Sequence record: SRR20825006_597
DNA length: 64,000 nucleotides
Reading direction: 5' to 3' (one strand)
The translations under genes were made by a program, and so were the position numbers. Shown piece after piece: positions 9,781 through 19,705 of the stretch. Under the pieces are notes generated by a model. The model had not been told where the DNA came from. It saw only the letters and a list, made by a program, of their open reading frames with translations, and did no database searches. The number at the start of each line of letters is the position of its first letter. Within the stretch, counting starts at the first letter, position 1.

Positions 9781-10661
9781 TTCTTTTTGTCGAGTAATGC
9801 GTCCTTGTCTTCCCAGAGTTCGCCAATCCATTGCTGAAAACGGGCGCGGAATTCCGCGTCATCTTCGTAGTTGCCCTCTGAGGCCCAGGCCGGAATAACA
9901 CGCTGCTGCACAACGATTTCCACCTCGTCCATGGCACCACCAAGAAAGGCCATCAGCGAGCGAGGTGTGCCCGGGGGATAGATAATGGTCACATCAAGCA
10001 GATTTCGCAAATGCCCGGACATGGCATTCAGGGTAAAGGCGGCACCACCTGCCTTGGGTTTCAACAAATGTTTATACGGTGAGCCTTGTTTGGCGTGCTT
10101 TTGCGCGTCAAAGCGGGTGCCTTCAAAGAAATTCATCACCGAGGTCGGAAAGTAGGCAAACTTCTCGCAGGCTTTGCGGGTGGTTTCCAGATCCTTGCCT
10201 TTCAGTGAAGGCGTTTTTTCCAGCTCAGCCTTGGTGTAGCGCTTCATGAAGGGGAAATCCAGTGCCCACCAGGCGAGTCCAAGCAAAGGAACCTTGATCA
10301 GTTCCTGTTTCAGGAAAAACTTGAGGAAGGGGATGCGGCGATTGGAGATACGTTGCAAGACCAGAATGTCAGCCCAGGACTGGTGGTTGCAGGTCACCAG
10401 ATACCATTGGTCTTTGCTCAATGTGTCCATGCCGCTGATGCGCCATTTGATCTGGCTGGTCAGGGCGATGATGGCGTTGTTATTGCCAATCCAGGTTTCC
10501 GCAATGACAACAAGGATTCGGGACAGAACGACTTGCGCCTTCTCAAATCGAAGCACCAGCCGCAGCAGGGCGAAGGCGTAAAGTGGCAGACAGAGGAGCA
10601 GGGTGTTGATCAGCATGCCTAGCAGGGCGAGGGCGCCCCGGATCTTGTGCCAAATGGTCAT
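9753..10661 (-). CDS. Acyltransferase, PlsC/YihG-like
   Basis: NHQSWAD (HX4D), FFLKQEL, FFEGTRF and PKAGG. Confidence 0.88.
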   Translation of the reverse strand: MTIWHKIRGALALLGMLINTLLLCLPLYAFALLRLVLRFEKAQVVLSRILVVIAETWIGNNNAIIALTSQIKWRISGMDTLSKDQWYLVTCNHQSWADILVLQRISNRRIPFLKFFLKQELIKVPLLGLAWWALDFPFMKRYTKAELEKTPSLKGKDLETTRKACEKFAYFPTSVMNFFEGTRFDAQKHAKQGSPYKHLLKPKAGGAAFTLNAMSGHLRNLLDVTIIYPPGTPRSLMAFLGGAMDEVEIVVQQRVIPAWASEGNYEDDAEFRARFQQWIGELWEDKDALLDKKNAGRLTPDA

Positions 10662-10795
10662 AGCGCGATTCGTTCAGTCAACGTAAACGGGCATGCTACC
10701 CAAAGGTAAACGCCTTGTCCCGTGTCCGTTTCGGTCAGATTGCCGTTTATCATTGCAGGATTCCGCAAATGATTTCATGTCGCTATGCTGCTGGT

Positions 10796-11920
10796 ATGCG
10801 CACTGTGGAACGATGTTTGTTGGGCTTATTACTTGTGTGTTCGGTATCCGGACTGCTGCTGCCGGCTTACGCCCGGAGCGCTCCGCAAACACCCAGTGAA
10901 AGTGACCGGGGGCTAAATGCGACGGTTTCTGGTGAGCAAGCGTCGATCGCCACGGATAACTCCCCCGACGCAGATCTGGAAGGGCCGCCCAGGCCGTTTC
11001 ATCCCAACCCCTGCGGGCATCTTTCCGGTGAGGCCGGGTGGGTCGACAGGACCCATGACTGGATGTCCCGGACCGTGTGTGGCCCTACCCGGTGGGTCGA
11101 TGGCTTCTTTATCGGCCCTAATGAAATTGATACAGAACAACCCGGTACCCAGCTGCGCATTATTGGCGCCAGCCGTTGGCAGGATAACGATGACGATGGC
11201 AGCGAGGTAAAGGTACGCGCCAGGGTCGAACTGCCTAACGCCCAGGAACGGCTGAGCCTGCTTTTTCAGAATGACGATGATGTCGATGATGAGCTGCGTA
11301 ATGATCTGGATAGTCGCCCGGAAGAGGTGGGCAATGATTCCGGTGGTTTCCGCACTGCCTTGCGCTGGGTGACCAAAATGCCGGACCGCATGAATCTGGA
11401 TCTGGATGCCGGGCTGCGCTCTGAGTTTACGACCTTTTTACGTGCCCGCTATCGCTGGTATACGCCCTTGCCGGGAGGGAAAACTTACTTCCGGTTTACC
11501 CAGAAAGGTTACTGGGAGGACCCGGAAGGGTTTGGGATTAACTCCCTGTTCGAGCTGGATCGCCCGCTGACGCAGTTATCGACCGTTCGTTTCAGTAGTG
11601 AATACGAATTGACTGAAGAGAATAACGCGCTGAACCGGGACTGGTATTTCAATCAGACGGTCAGTCTCTACACCCGGCTGGGCAAGCAATCGGGCATCGG
11701 TTATTCGGTGGGCTTTGACGGTTTTACGGATCCCGTCGCTGCCATCGAAACCTGGCGCACCAGTGTGCGTTTTCGGCGCAGCGTCTGGCGTCCCTGGTTT
11801 TTTTATGAAATCGAACCCTATGTGTTCTGGCCCCGCTCGCTGGGCTACGAGGGCATCACCGGGATTGTGCTCAGGCTGGAGGTTCAGGCAGGTTTGCCCG
11901 TGTGGGAATATCCAGAATAG
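10796..11920 (+). CDS. Hypothetical exported protein, probable outer-membrane beta-barrel
   Basis: Signal peptide followed by alternating aromatic/hydrophobic strands (RPWFFYEIEPYVFWP). The start is uncertain. Confidence 0.6.
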   Translation: MRTVERCLLGLLLVCSVSGLLLPAYARSAPQTPSESDRGLNATVSGEQASIATDNSPDADLEGPPRPFHPNPCGHLSGEAGWVDRTHDWMSRTVCGPTRWVDGFFIGPNEIDTEQPGTQLRIIGASRWQDNDDDGSEVKVRARVELPNAQERLSLLFQNDDDVDDELRNDLDSRPEEVGNDSGGFRTALRWVTKMPDRMNLDLDAGLRSEFTTFLRARYRWYTPLPGGKTYFRFTQKGYWEDPEGFGINSLFELDRPLTQLSTVRFSSEYELTEENNALNRDWYFNQTVSLYTRLGKQSGIGYSVGFDGFTDPVAAIETWRTSVRFRRSVWRPWFFYEIEPYVFWPRSLGYEGITGIVLRLEVQAGLPVWEYPE

Positions 11921-11937
11921 GGAGAAGAGCAGGGAGG

Positions 11938-11962
11938 TGCGGCCCGGGCTGCCCGGGCCGCA
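11938..11962. terminator. GC-rich hairpin between convergent genes
   Basis: TGCGGCCCGGGC-T-GCCCGGGCCGCA has perfect 12-bp arms but no U-tract. Confidence 0.5.
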
Positions 11963-11967
11963 TTGAA

Positions 11968-12630
11968 CTAGTTGGCCCAGCCGCCTCGCTGGCGACGGCC
12001 GGAACGGGAGCGCATCAATACGCCGGCAATCAAGCCGATAACCAAAATGCCGACACCGGTGATCCATTGCTGGGAGGTATTATTGTTGCGCAGCATCACG
12101 TTCTCGCCTTTGACCTGATCCAGCTCGGAACGCAGCAGGCTCAACTCTTCATTGAGGCGACGGTTGGCCTGGTCCAGGCGTATAGGGTCAGAGGCGACCT
12201 CCTGAAGCTGCTCCAGCTCATTGCTTCGTGAGCTGAGGGAGTTTTTCAGCTCACTGGATTGCTCGGACAAAGCATCACGCTCACCCTTGATTTCGGCGAG
12301 CTGGGTGCGCAGCTTGGCCACTTCCGCCTTGGCCTTTTCGCTGGCCTGGGTGGCGCGCTCCAGGCGAATCTCTGCGGTAGGGCTTTGGCTCAGGTACTGC
12401 TTGCCAATATAGCCTTCGGTATCGCCATAGCGAATCTTCGCCCAGTCACCCTCGAAACCGAGAAATTCAATGCGGGTGCCACTTTTAATCCCGCGGTGCA
12501 GGATGCGGCCGCTGGGATTGGCGGCGGCACGAATCGGCACATAAATACTGTCATCTACCCATGCCGCAGCAGCGAGGGCGGTGCTGGATGCACTCAGCAA
12601 TGCCAGTACACAGAATAATCTAGCGAGCAT
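11968..12630 (-). CDS. SH3 domain protein, TIGR04211/YgiM family
   Basis: Signal peptide, bacterial SH3 (WAKIRYGDTEGYI), coiled coil, C-terminal TM and an RRQRGGW tail. Confidence 0.85.
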   Translation of the reverse strand: MLARLFCVLALLSASSTALAAAAWVDDSIYVPIRAAANPSGRILHRGIKSGTRIEFLGFEGDWAKIRYGDTEGYIGKQYLSQSPTAEIRLERATQASEKAKAEVAKLRTQLAEIKGERDALSEQSSELKNSLSSRSNELEQLQEVASDPIRLDQANRRLNEELSLLRSELDQVKGENVMLRNNNTSQQWITGVGILVIGLIAGVLMRSRSGRRQRGGWAN

Positions 12631-12777
12631 CAGTTACTCCTTGAAGTCAGGCCGCGCAGTCTAAAGAAGTCATACCGGTAGGGGCGCTACGATAGTCACA
12701 TTTCGCCGCGTGAGCCGTGGTGTCTTTGTAAAAAATGGCAAATTGCCATGATCGCCGCCTGCCATGGCCGGCTACTT

Positions 12778-13077
12778 TCAGGGCAGTACGCGCTTGAACG
12801 GTTTCACCGTGACATTGGCGTACACGCCGGCATCAATATACGGATCCGCATCTGCCCAGGCCTGGGCGTCACCCAGGGATTGGAATTCGGCAATGACCAG
12901 TGAACCGGTAAAGCCGGCAGGGCCGGGGTCGTCGCTATCGATCGCGGGATGTGGGCCAGCCAGTTGCAGGCGCCCTTGGTCACGAAGGGCTTCCAGGCGC
13001 GCCAAGTGCGCGGGGCGAGCCTGTTTGCGTAACGGCAAGGAGTCAGGGACATCTTCACTGATGATCGCGTACAGCAT
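12778..13077 (-). CDS. yciI: YciI family protein
   Basis: Motifs [20 protein letters not shown] and ADADPY. Downstream of yciB. Confidence 0.9.
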   Translation of the reverse strand: MLYAIISEDVPDSLPLRKQARPAHLARLEALRDQGRLQLAGPHPAIDSDDPGPAGFTGSLVIAEFQSLGDAQAWADADPYIDAGVYANVTVKPFKRVLP

Positions 13078-13717
13078 GGTCATCCTTTTTTTCGTTGTCG
13101 GTGGGGGGCTTTTCAGTGCTGGCCTCAGCGCTGTCCTGTTTCATGATGCGTTTGCGATCTTCTTCAGGCATTTTCTTAAAAACATACGCGAAAACACTGA
13201 TATAAAAGATCATTTGCAGAGCGGTAAAGCCGAATAGTTTAAAGTTTACCCAGAAATCAGTGCTGAAATTGAACGCGATGTAGAGGTTGAGCGCGCCGAT
13301 AAAGGCAAAGTAGAGCACGAATGCGATATTCAGCAGCGCCCAGTCCCGACGCGACAGCGCCACCACAAATCCGAAGCCGGAAACCATCAGTGATTCGCAC
13401 AGCCGTTGCAGCAGGTTGCGTTCGCGTAGAAAGTGGCCAAGCAGCAAAATGCCACCCAGGGTGAAGCTGATAATGGAAGGGCGCCACTTGATAAAGACAT
13501 CGTTCTGGAAAAACAGGGTCATGGAGCCGAAGATCAGGGTGATCACAAAGACGATCAGGTGCATTTTTTGCACCTTGCGCCAAATTAGCCAGCCGAGTGT
13601 GACCTGGGCAGTAGTGGCAATCAGGATGCCCCAGGTGGCCAGCATGATGTCTCGGCCGCCAAGAAAGTAGAGGCCAAAAAATACAATTACCGGAAGGTAA
13701 TCAAACAGTTGCTTCAT
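13055..13717 (-). CDS. yciB: Inner-membrane septation protein A (YciB/IspZ)
   Basis: Motifs [16 protein letters not shown] and WVNFKLFG. Confidence 0.88.
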   Translation of the reverse strand: MKQLFDYLPVIVFFGLYFLGGRDIMLATWGILIATTAQVTLGWLIWRKVQKMHLIVFVITLIFGSMTLFFQNDVFIKWRPSIISFTLGGILLLGHFLRERNLLQRLCESLMVSGFGFVVALSRRDWALLNIAFVLYFAFIGALNLYIAFNFSTDFWVNFKLFGFTALQMIFYISVFAYVFKKMPEEDRKRIMKQDSAEASTEKPPTDNEKKDDHAVRDHQ

Positions 13718-13942
13718 TTACAGCGCCTTATTTCGTGCCGGTCCAGTAGCCTGAAAAGGGTGCGGGAGCCGCACGGCCGACCATCCGCAGGGCAACGATG
13801 GTAACGGCAACAGGCGGGCAATTCACCCTGCCACCCTGCATTATTTTTTGCTTCATTGTGGTAGCGTAATCGACCCGTTTTCCACGAGACGGTTCCTGCG
13901 ATGCCGCTGTTGCTTGCGAAATAACCTGATAGCCACCTTTAT

Positions 13943-14779
13943 ATGACCGTGTGTTTTGACCTGCATTGCCACAGCCTGGCCTCTGATGGCGCCTTGTCGC
14001 CTACTGATTTGGTGGCGCGGGCGGCGGATTATGGCGTTACCCATCTGGCCTTGACCGACCACGACACCCTGCGCGGCCTGGATGAGGCCCGCCAGGCCGC
14101 GCAAGCGCACGGGATGACCCTGATTAACGGGATCGAGCTGTCGGTTCGGCACGAAAACCGTGAATTCCACGTCCTGGGGTTATGGGTAGATGTGGCAGAC
14201 CCGGTCTTGCAAGCCCGAGTCAGTGCCCAGAATGACGCCCGCATCAACCGCGCCAAGGAGATCGGTCGACGACTGGATCGGGCTGCCGGCTTGGCAAACA
14301 GCTACGAGCGAGCCTGTGAGTTGGCGGATAACGATGCGCCGGGCCGCCCTTGGTTTGCTAAACTGCTGGAAGAAGCAGGTCGGGTCCGCAACCACCGGCA
14401 TGCCTTCAATCGTTTCCTTAAACAGGGTCAGTCGGCCTTTGTCGCCACGCCCTGGTGCACCCTCGAGGAAGGCATTGCCGCGATCCATGCCGCCGGCGGC
14501 ACCGCGGTGCTGGCGCACCCCCATGCCTACAACATGACCCGCAAGCGCTTGCGGCACTTCCTGGGGCAGTTCAAGGCGGCAGGCGGAGATGGCCTGGAGG
14601 TGGCCATGCCTGGACTGACGCCCCATCAGCAGGCGCTACTGGACGAATGCTGGCAGCATTTCGACTTGAAAGTGTCAGCTGGGTCCGATTTTCATTCCCC
14701 GGAACAGCGGTGGCTGGCACTGGGCCGGCTGCCGCCGGTGCCAGCCGGCGCCACGCCCGTGTGGGAAGGGCGCTACTGA
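13943..14779 (+). CDS. PHP-domain phosphoesterase (YciV/TrpH-like)
   Basis: Motifs DLHCHSLASDG, LTDHD, LAHP and GSDFH. Confidence 0.88.
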   Translation: MTVCFDLHCHSLASDGALSPTDLVARAADYGVTHLALTDHDTLRGLDEARQAAQAHGMTLINGIELSVRHENREFHVLGLWVDVADPVLQARVSAQNDARINRAKEIGRRLDRAAGLANSYERACELADNDAPGRPWFAKLLEEAGRVRNHRHAFNRFLKQGQSAFVATPWCTLEEGIAAIHAAGGTAVLAHPHAYNMTRKRLRHFLGQFKAAGGDGLEVAMPGLTPHQQALLDECWQHFDLKVSAGSDFHSPEQRWLALGRLPPVPAGATPVWEGRY

Positions 14780-14858
14780 AAGAGGCGCGCCCCTGATATC
14801 GGGTTTTATACGTAAAGCGGCTTGCACCGTTCCGTTGCGACGCTCAGAATTGCCAGCC

Positions 14859-15482
14859 ATGACTGAAACGCTATACATACACCCTGAAACCCCGCAGCCA
14901 CGGCTGATTCGTCAAGCTGTGGAAGTGATACGTGGCGGCGGGCTGATTGCTTACCCTACAGACACCACTTATGCGCTGGGATGCGGCATTGGTGAAAAAA
15001 ATGCCCTGGATCGACTGATCCGCCTGCGCCAGCTGGACAAGAAGCATGAGTTCACGCTGCTGTGCCACGATCTGTCCGCCCTGGCGGTGTATGCCAAGGT
15101 CGATAATCCGGATTATCGCTTGCTCAAGGCCCACACCCCTGGGGCCTACACCTTCATTCTGCAGGGCACCACGGAAGTGCCGCGCCGATTGATGCACCCG
15201 AAAAAGCGCACTATTGGCATTCGCGTCCCTGACCATGCCATCTGTCAGGCACTGCTGGCCGAGCACGGCGAGCCGATAATGACGTCGACTTGCCACCTGC
15301 CCAACGATGAGTTCCCGCTCACCGACCCCCAGGACGTACGTGATTTTCTGGAAAACCACGTGGATTTGGTCATTGATGGCGGCTTTTGCGGCACCACCGA
15401 AACCACCGTAATCTCATTGTCTGAAGGTGAGGGGCCGGTGGTGGTGCGCGAAGGGGCAGGCCCAATCGACGCCATCTATTAG
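14859..15482 (+). CDS. yciO: Sua5/YciO/YrdC family protein
   Basis: Motifs IHPETPQPRLI, YPTDTTYALGC and TPGAYTFIL. Follows the PHP gene as in other gammaproteobacteria. Confidence 0.85.
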   Translation: MTETLYIHPETPQPRLIRQAVEVIRGGGLIAYPTDTTYALGCGIGEKNALDRLIRLRQLDKKHEFTLLCHDLSALAVYAKVDNPDYRLLKAHTPGAYTFILQGTTEVPRRLMHPKKRTIGIRVPDHAICQALLAEHGEPIMTSTCHLPNDEFPLTDPQDVRDFLENHVDLVIDGGFCGTTETTVISLSEGEGPVVVREGAGPIDAIY

Positions 15483-15622
15483 CCAAATTGCAGGGATTTG
15501 CTCAGGGTTTGATCAGACACTGACAAGTCGCTGTCCCTCACGGCGCGGTTCACCGTATAATCGCGGGCTTTCCCCGCAGCATTCCCTAGGGAATGCCACC
15601 TATAGGGTATAAGGAGTTGGCT

Positions 15623-16837
15623 TTGAGTTCCGTGGTTCCCTCCCAGCGAGTTGTTTCCGGCATGCGCGCCACCGGCCGCCTGCATCTGGGGCATTACCAT
15701 GGCGTGCTGAAAAACTGGGCGCGTCTGCAGCATGAGTTTGAGTGTTTCTTCTTTGTCGCAGACTGGCACGGACTCACCACCGAATACGAAAACCCGCACA
15801 AGATCGAGCAGCATGTCTGGGACCTGGTGATCGACTGGCTGGCCGCCGGTGTAAACCCGGGGTCTGCCACGCTGTTTATCCAGAGCCAGGTGCCGGAGCA
15901 CGCGGAGCTGCATCTGCTGCTGTCGATGATGACACCACTGTCTTGGCTTGAACGGGTGCCGACCTACAAGGATCAGCAGGAAAAGCTGCGCGAGAAAGAC
16001 CTGAGCACCTATGGCTTTCTCGGTTATCCGCTGCTTCAGTCTGCTGATATTCTCGCCTACCGCGCAGGCCAGGTGCCGGTGGGGGCGGATCAGGTTGCCC
16101 ATGTGGAGCTGACCCGGGAAGTGGCGCGTCGCTTCAATCATCTCTATGGCCGTGAACCGGGCTTTGAAGAAGCCGTGGATGCCGCCATCAAGAAGATGGG
16201 CAAGAAACAGTCCAAGATTTACCTGAACCACCGTCGCCAGTATCAGGAAAAAGGCGATGAAGCCGCACTGGAAACGGCGCGCGCACTGGTGGACGGGCAA
16301 CAGAACATCACCCTGGGTGACAAGGAGCGCCTGCTGGGCGATCTGGAAGGCGGTGGTAAGGTGATCCTTGCCGAGCCCCAGTCATTGCTTACCCAGGCGT
16401 CCAAGATGCCGGGGCTGGACGGTCAAAAAATGTCCAAATCCTACGGCAACTTTATCAGCATGCGTGAAGAGCCTGCGGATGTGGACAACAAGATTCGCCG
16501 CATGCCGACAGATCCGGCTCGGGTGCGCCGCACCGACGCGGGCAACCCGGATAACTGCCCGGTATGGCAGTTTCACATGGTGTATTCTGACGAGACTACC
16601 CGGCAGTGGGTGCGTGAAGGTTGCACTAGTGCGGGGATCGGCTGCCTGGATTGCAAGAAGCCGATCATCGAAGCGGTTCAGGAAGAGCTGGAGCCCATTC
16701 GCAAACGTGCGGAAGAACACCTGCGCAACCCGGATCTGGTTCGCACCATTGTGGCTGAAGGGTGCGAGGAAGCACGCGAAGCCGCCCGCGCCACATTGGA
16801 AGAAGTGCGCGCAGCCATGGGCCTGAATTACCGCTAG
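15623..16837 (+). CDS. trpS: Tryptophan--tRNA ligase
   Basis: SGMRATGRLHLGHY (HIGH), YPLLQSADIL, VPVGADQ and KMSKS. TTG start follows AAGGAG, and TATAAT lies at 15556-15561. Confidence 0.95.
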   Translation: MSSVVPSQRVVSGMRATGRLHLGHYHGVLKNWARLQHEFECFFFVADWHGLTTEYENPHKIEQHVWDLVIDWLAAGVNPGSATLFIQSQVPEHAELHLLLSMMTPLSWLERVPTYKDQQEKLREKDLSTYGFLGYPLLQSADILAYRAGQVPVGADQVAHVELTREVARRFNHLYGREPGFEEAVDAAIKKMGKKQSKIYLNHRRQYQEKGDEAALETARALVDGQQNITLGDKERLLGDLEGGGKVILAEPQSLLTQASKMPGLDGQKMSKSYGNFISMREEPADVDNKIRRMPTDPARVRRTDAGNPDNCPVWQFHMVYSDETTRQWVREGCTSAGIGCLDCKKPIIEAVQEELEPIRKRAEEHLRNPDLVRTIVAEGCEEAREAARATLEEVRAAMGLNYR

Positions 16838-16849
16838 GCGGAGCAGAGC

Positions 16850-17848
16850 ATGACGGAAACGGTAGAGCAGACGGCAGAAGAGACCCCGGGACCTGAGCAA
16901 CCAGCTGGTATGCTGGGGCCCTTGCACCCGAGCCAGTCGGAAATGCCGTTTGGCCTGGTGTATGGCAAAGCCATCACCAAGTTGCCCGATGACCTCTATA
17001 TTCCGCCGGATGCGCTGGAAGTTTTTCTGGAAGCCTTTGAAGGTCCGCTGGACTTGCTGCTCTACCTGATCAAACGCCAAAATCTCGACATTCTCGACAT
17101 TCCCGTGGCCACCATCACCGTTCAGTACATGGAGTACGTGGAACTGATGAAGGCCATGAACTTCGAGCTGGCGGCGGAATATCTGGTCATGGCAGCCATG
17201 CTGAGCGAAATCAAATCGCGCATGCTGCTGCCACGCCCAAAGGAAGACGAAGAAGAGGATGGGGAAGACCCCCGTGCAGAGCTGATTCGTCGTCTGCAGG
17301 AATACGAACGTTTCAAGAAAGCCGCAGAAGACATTGATGAGCTGCCACGCCTGGAGCGGGATATCTTCCCCGCAGAGGCCAAGCGCCCGGAGTACACCCG
17401 CGAGAAAGCCCAGCCAGATGTGGACATGCGCGAGTTGTTGCTGGCCTTGAAAGAGGTGATGCATCGGGCTGACATGTTCGAAAGCCACCAGATTTCCCGA
17501 GAGAAACTGTCTACCCGTGAGCGCATGGCCAGCGTGCTGGACAAGCTGAAAGGTCGAGACTTTGTTCCTTTCATCGAATTGTTCAATCCGGAGGAAGGCA
17601 AGCTTGGCGTGGTGGTGACTTTCCTCGCCACACTGGAGCTGGTCAAAGGCTCACTGATCGAGCTGGTGCAGACCGAAGCATTTGCACCGATCCATGTTAA
17701 GGCCAAGACCCTGGTGCTGGAAGAATCCGATCTGCTCGCCAGTCTTGAAGTCGATGATGAACCGGGCGCCACACCGGATGCCTACGAAAGTGATACAGAC
17801 TCCCTCGACGTCGCGGATGACGATGCACACGATGGAACCAAGGGGTAA
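16850..17848 (+). CDS. scpA: Segregation and condensation protein A (kleisin)
   Basis: Motifs FEGPLDLLLYLI, AAEYLVMAA, KSRMLLP and VVTFLATLEL. Confidence 0.93.
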   Translation: MTETVEQTAEETPGPEQPAGMLGPLHPSQSEMPFGLVYGKAITKLPDDLYIPPDALEVFLEAFEGPLDLLLYLIKRQNLDILDIPVATITVQYMEYVELMKAMNFELAAEYLVMAAMLSEIKSRMLLPRPKEDEEEDGEDPRAELIRRLQEYERFKKAAEDIDELPRLERDIFPAEAKRPEYTREKAQPDVDMRELLLALKEVMHRADMFESHQISREKLSTRERMASVLDKLKGRDFVPFIELFNPEEGKLGVVVTFLATLELVKGSLIELVQTEAFAPIHVKAKTLVLEESDLLASLEVDDEPGATPDAYESDTDSLDVADDDAHDGTKG

Positions 17849-17850
17849 GC

Positions 17851-18807
17851 GTGGACGCTGAGCAAATAAAAAGAATCGTTGAAGCCGCTATTCTTGTAGC
17901 CGAAGGGCCGCTGGACCGTGACGGCATGCTGGCATTGTTCGATGAAGAGGACCGACCCAGCAAACAGGACTTGTCTAAATATCTTGAGCAGCTGGCCGAC
18001 GAATACGACGGTCGCGGCATTTTCCTAAAGGAAGTGGCGTCCGGATTCCGCTTTCAGGCACGCTCGGAGCTGGGCTCCTGGGTCAGCCGTTTGTGGCAGG
18101 AAAAGCCGCCACGTTATAGCCGGGCCATTCTGGAAACCCTGGCCCTGATCGCGTATCGCCAGCCAATTACCCGTGGCGAAATCGAAGAAATTCGTGGCGT
18201 TTCGGTAAGCTCCCATATCGTCAAAAGCTTGCTGGAGCGAAACTGGGTGCGCGTTGTCGGACACCGTGATGTGCCGGGCCGTCCGGCCATGTTCGCGACC
18301 ACCAAACAGTTTCTGGACTACTTTGACCTCAAGAGCCTGGAAGACTTGCCGTCGCTGGCAGAAATCCGGGACCTGGACAAACTTAACGAAGAGCTGGCCC
18401 TGACTGATGTCCCCCCCAGCAAGGCGGGAGAGGGCGATGCCGACGAAGCTTCGGAAGGTGATATTGACGATGATGACTTTGGTGAGCGCGAAGCGCGGCT
18501 GCCGGGTGATCAGGAAAGTATCCCCGGCTTTGAGCCGGAACCGGAAATTGATGATTCCACACAGATGAGCATGGACAAGGTGGACTCCGTGCTCGCCAGC
18601 TTTGAACAGGAATTTCGCCGCAAACCCGGCGAGCAAAATGACGAAGCGCCAACCCCGGCCAGTGAAGACGCCGGGGCGGATGATAATACCCCCGCGGAGC
18701 CGAGCGGGGCGGCAAACGATAGTGATGATGTCGCGGTAGACAATACTTCTGATCAGAAGCTGGAACCGACCGACAGCGCAGAGGAAAGCCGAACGCCCCA
18801 TGAGTGA
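17851..18807 (+). CDS. scpB: SMC-Scp complex subunit ScpB with long acidic tail
   Basis: Motifs LETLALIAYRQPITRGEIEEIRGV and TTKQFLDYF. Confidence 0.93.
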   Translation: MDAEQIKRIVEAAILVAEGPLDRDGMLALFDEEDRPSKQDLSKYLEQLADEYDGRGIFLKEVASGFRFQARSELGSWVSRLWQEKPPRYSRAILETLALIAYRQPITRGEIEEIRGVSVSSHIVKSLLERNWVRVVGHRDVPGRPAMFATTKQFLDYFDLKSLEDLPSLAEIRDLDKLNEELALTDVPPSKAGEGDADEASEGDIDDDDFGEREARLPGDQESIPGFEPEPEIDDSTQMSMDKVDSVLASFEQEFRRKPGEQNDEAPTPASEDAGADDNTPAEPSGAANDSDDVAVDNTSDQKLEPTDSAEESRTPHE

Positions 18808-19642
18808 GAAATTACAGAAAGTCCTGGCCCGTGCCGGGCTGGGTTCCCGCCGGGAGCTCGAAACCTGGATCAGTGACGGTCGCGTCTCGGTCAATGGGAC
18901 TGTTGCGACCCTGGGCGACCGAGTTGGCAGTGAAGATACCCTACGTGTAGATGGCAGGATTATTAAAGTGAAGGCCGAAGAAGATACCGTTCAGCGTGTC
19001 ATTATGTACCACAAACCCCCGGGGGAAGTGTGTTCGCGCAATGACCCGGAAGGCCGCCCGACGGTTTTCGATAACCTGCCGCGCCTGCAGGGTATGCGCT
19101 GGGTGCAGGTTGGCCGGCTGGATATCAACACCACCGGCATGATGTTGTTCACCACTGATGGCGAACTGGCTCACCGGTTAATGCACCCCTCAAACGGCTT
19201 TGTGCGTGAATACGCTGTGCGTGTGCGCGGCGGCATGACGCCGGAAAAACGCCAGGCCATGCTCGACGGCGTATTGCTGGAAGACGGTGTTTCCAAATTC
19301 GACAGCATTGAAGACGCCGGTGGCGCAGAAGAGGGCGCCAACCATTGGTACAAGGCTACGCTTACTGGCGGTAAATACCGGGAGGTGCGTCGCCTGTTCC
19401 AGTCACAGGATCTGGAAGTGGCACGCCTGATGCGGATCCGTTTTGGTGACCTGACACTGCCCCCGCAATTGCGTCAGGGCCGCTGGATGGAGCTGGAGCC
19501 GGAGCAAATGAAAGCGCTGATCGACAAGGTGGAACTCAAGGGCAAGAAGTACACGGGGCTTTACGGCCGTGCTCGCCTGCGCCACCAGCGCAGCGGTAGC
19601 AAGCCGCCCCGCAAGGCCCGCCGCGGACCGTATCGCCGCTAG
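18800..19642 (+). CDS. rluB: 23S rRNA pseudouridine(2605) synthase
   Basis: S4 domain EKLQKVLARAGLGSRR and catalytic GRLD. Follows scpB. Confidence 0.9.
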   Translation: MSEKLQKVLARAGLGSRRELETWISDGRVSVNGTVATLGDRVGSEDTLRVDGRIIKVKAEEDTVQRVIMYHKPPGEVCSRNDPEGRPTVFDNLPRLQGMRWVQVGRLDINTTGMMLFTTDGELAHRLMHPSNGFVREYAVRVRGGMTPEKRQAMLDGVLLEDGVSKFDSIEDAGGAEEGANHWYKATLTGGKYREVRRLFQSQDLEVARLMRIRFGDLTLPPQLRQGRWMELEPEQMKALIDKVELKGKKYTGLYGRARLRHQRSGSKPPRKARRGPYRR

Positions 19643-19705
19643 CACCTTTCCTGTCTTTGCAGTCGAGGCCGTGATTCGTATGCGGTTCGGCTGCAGGGCA
19701 TGCTG

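Noticed and set aside
16382..17488. 368-aa antisense ORF, and similar ones at 15479-16300, 18025-18894, 20455-21486, 47092-47985, 53077-53856 and 59919-60737
   Set aside because: These are shadow ORFs opposite well-conserved genes, expected from codon bias in GC-rich DNA, and they carry no motifs.
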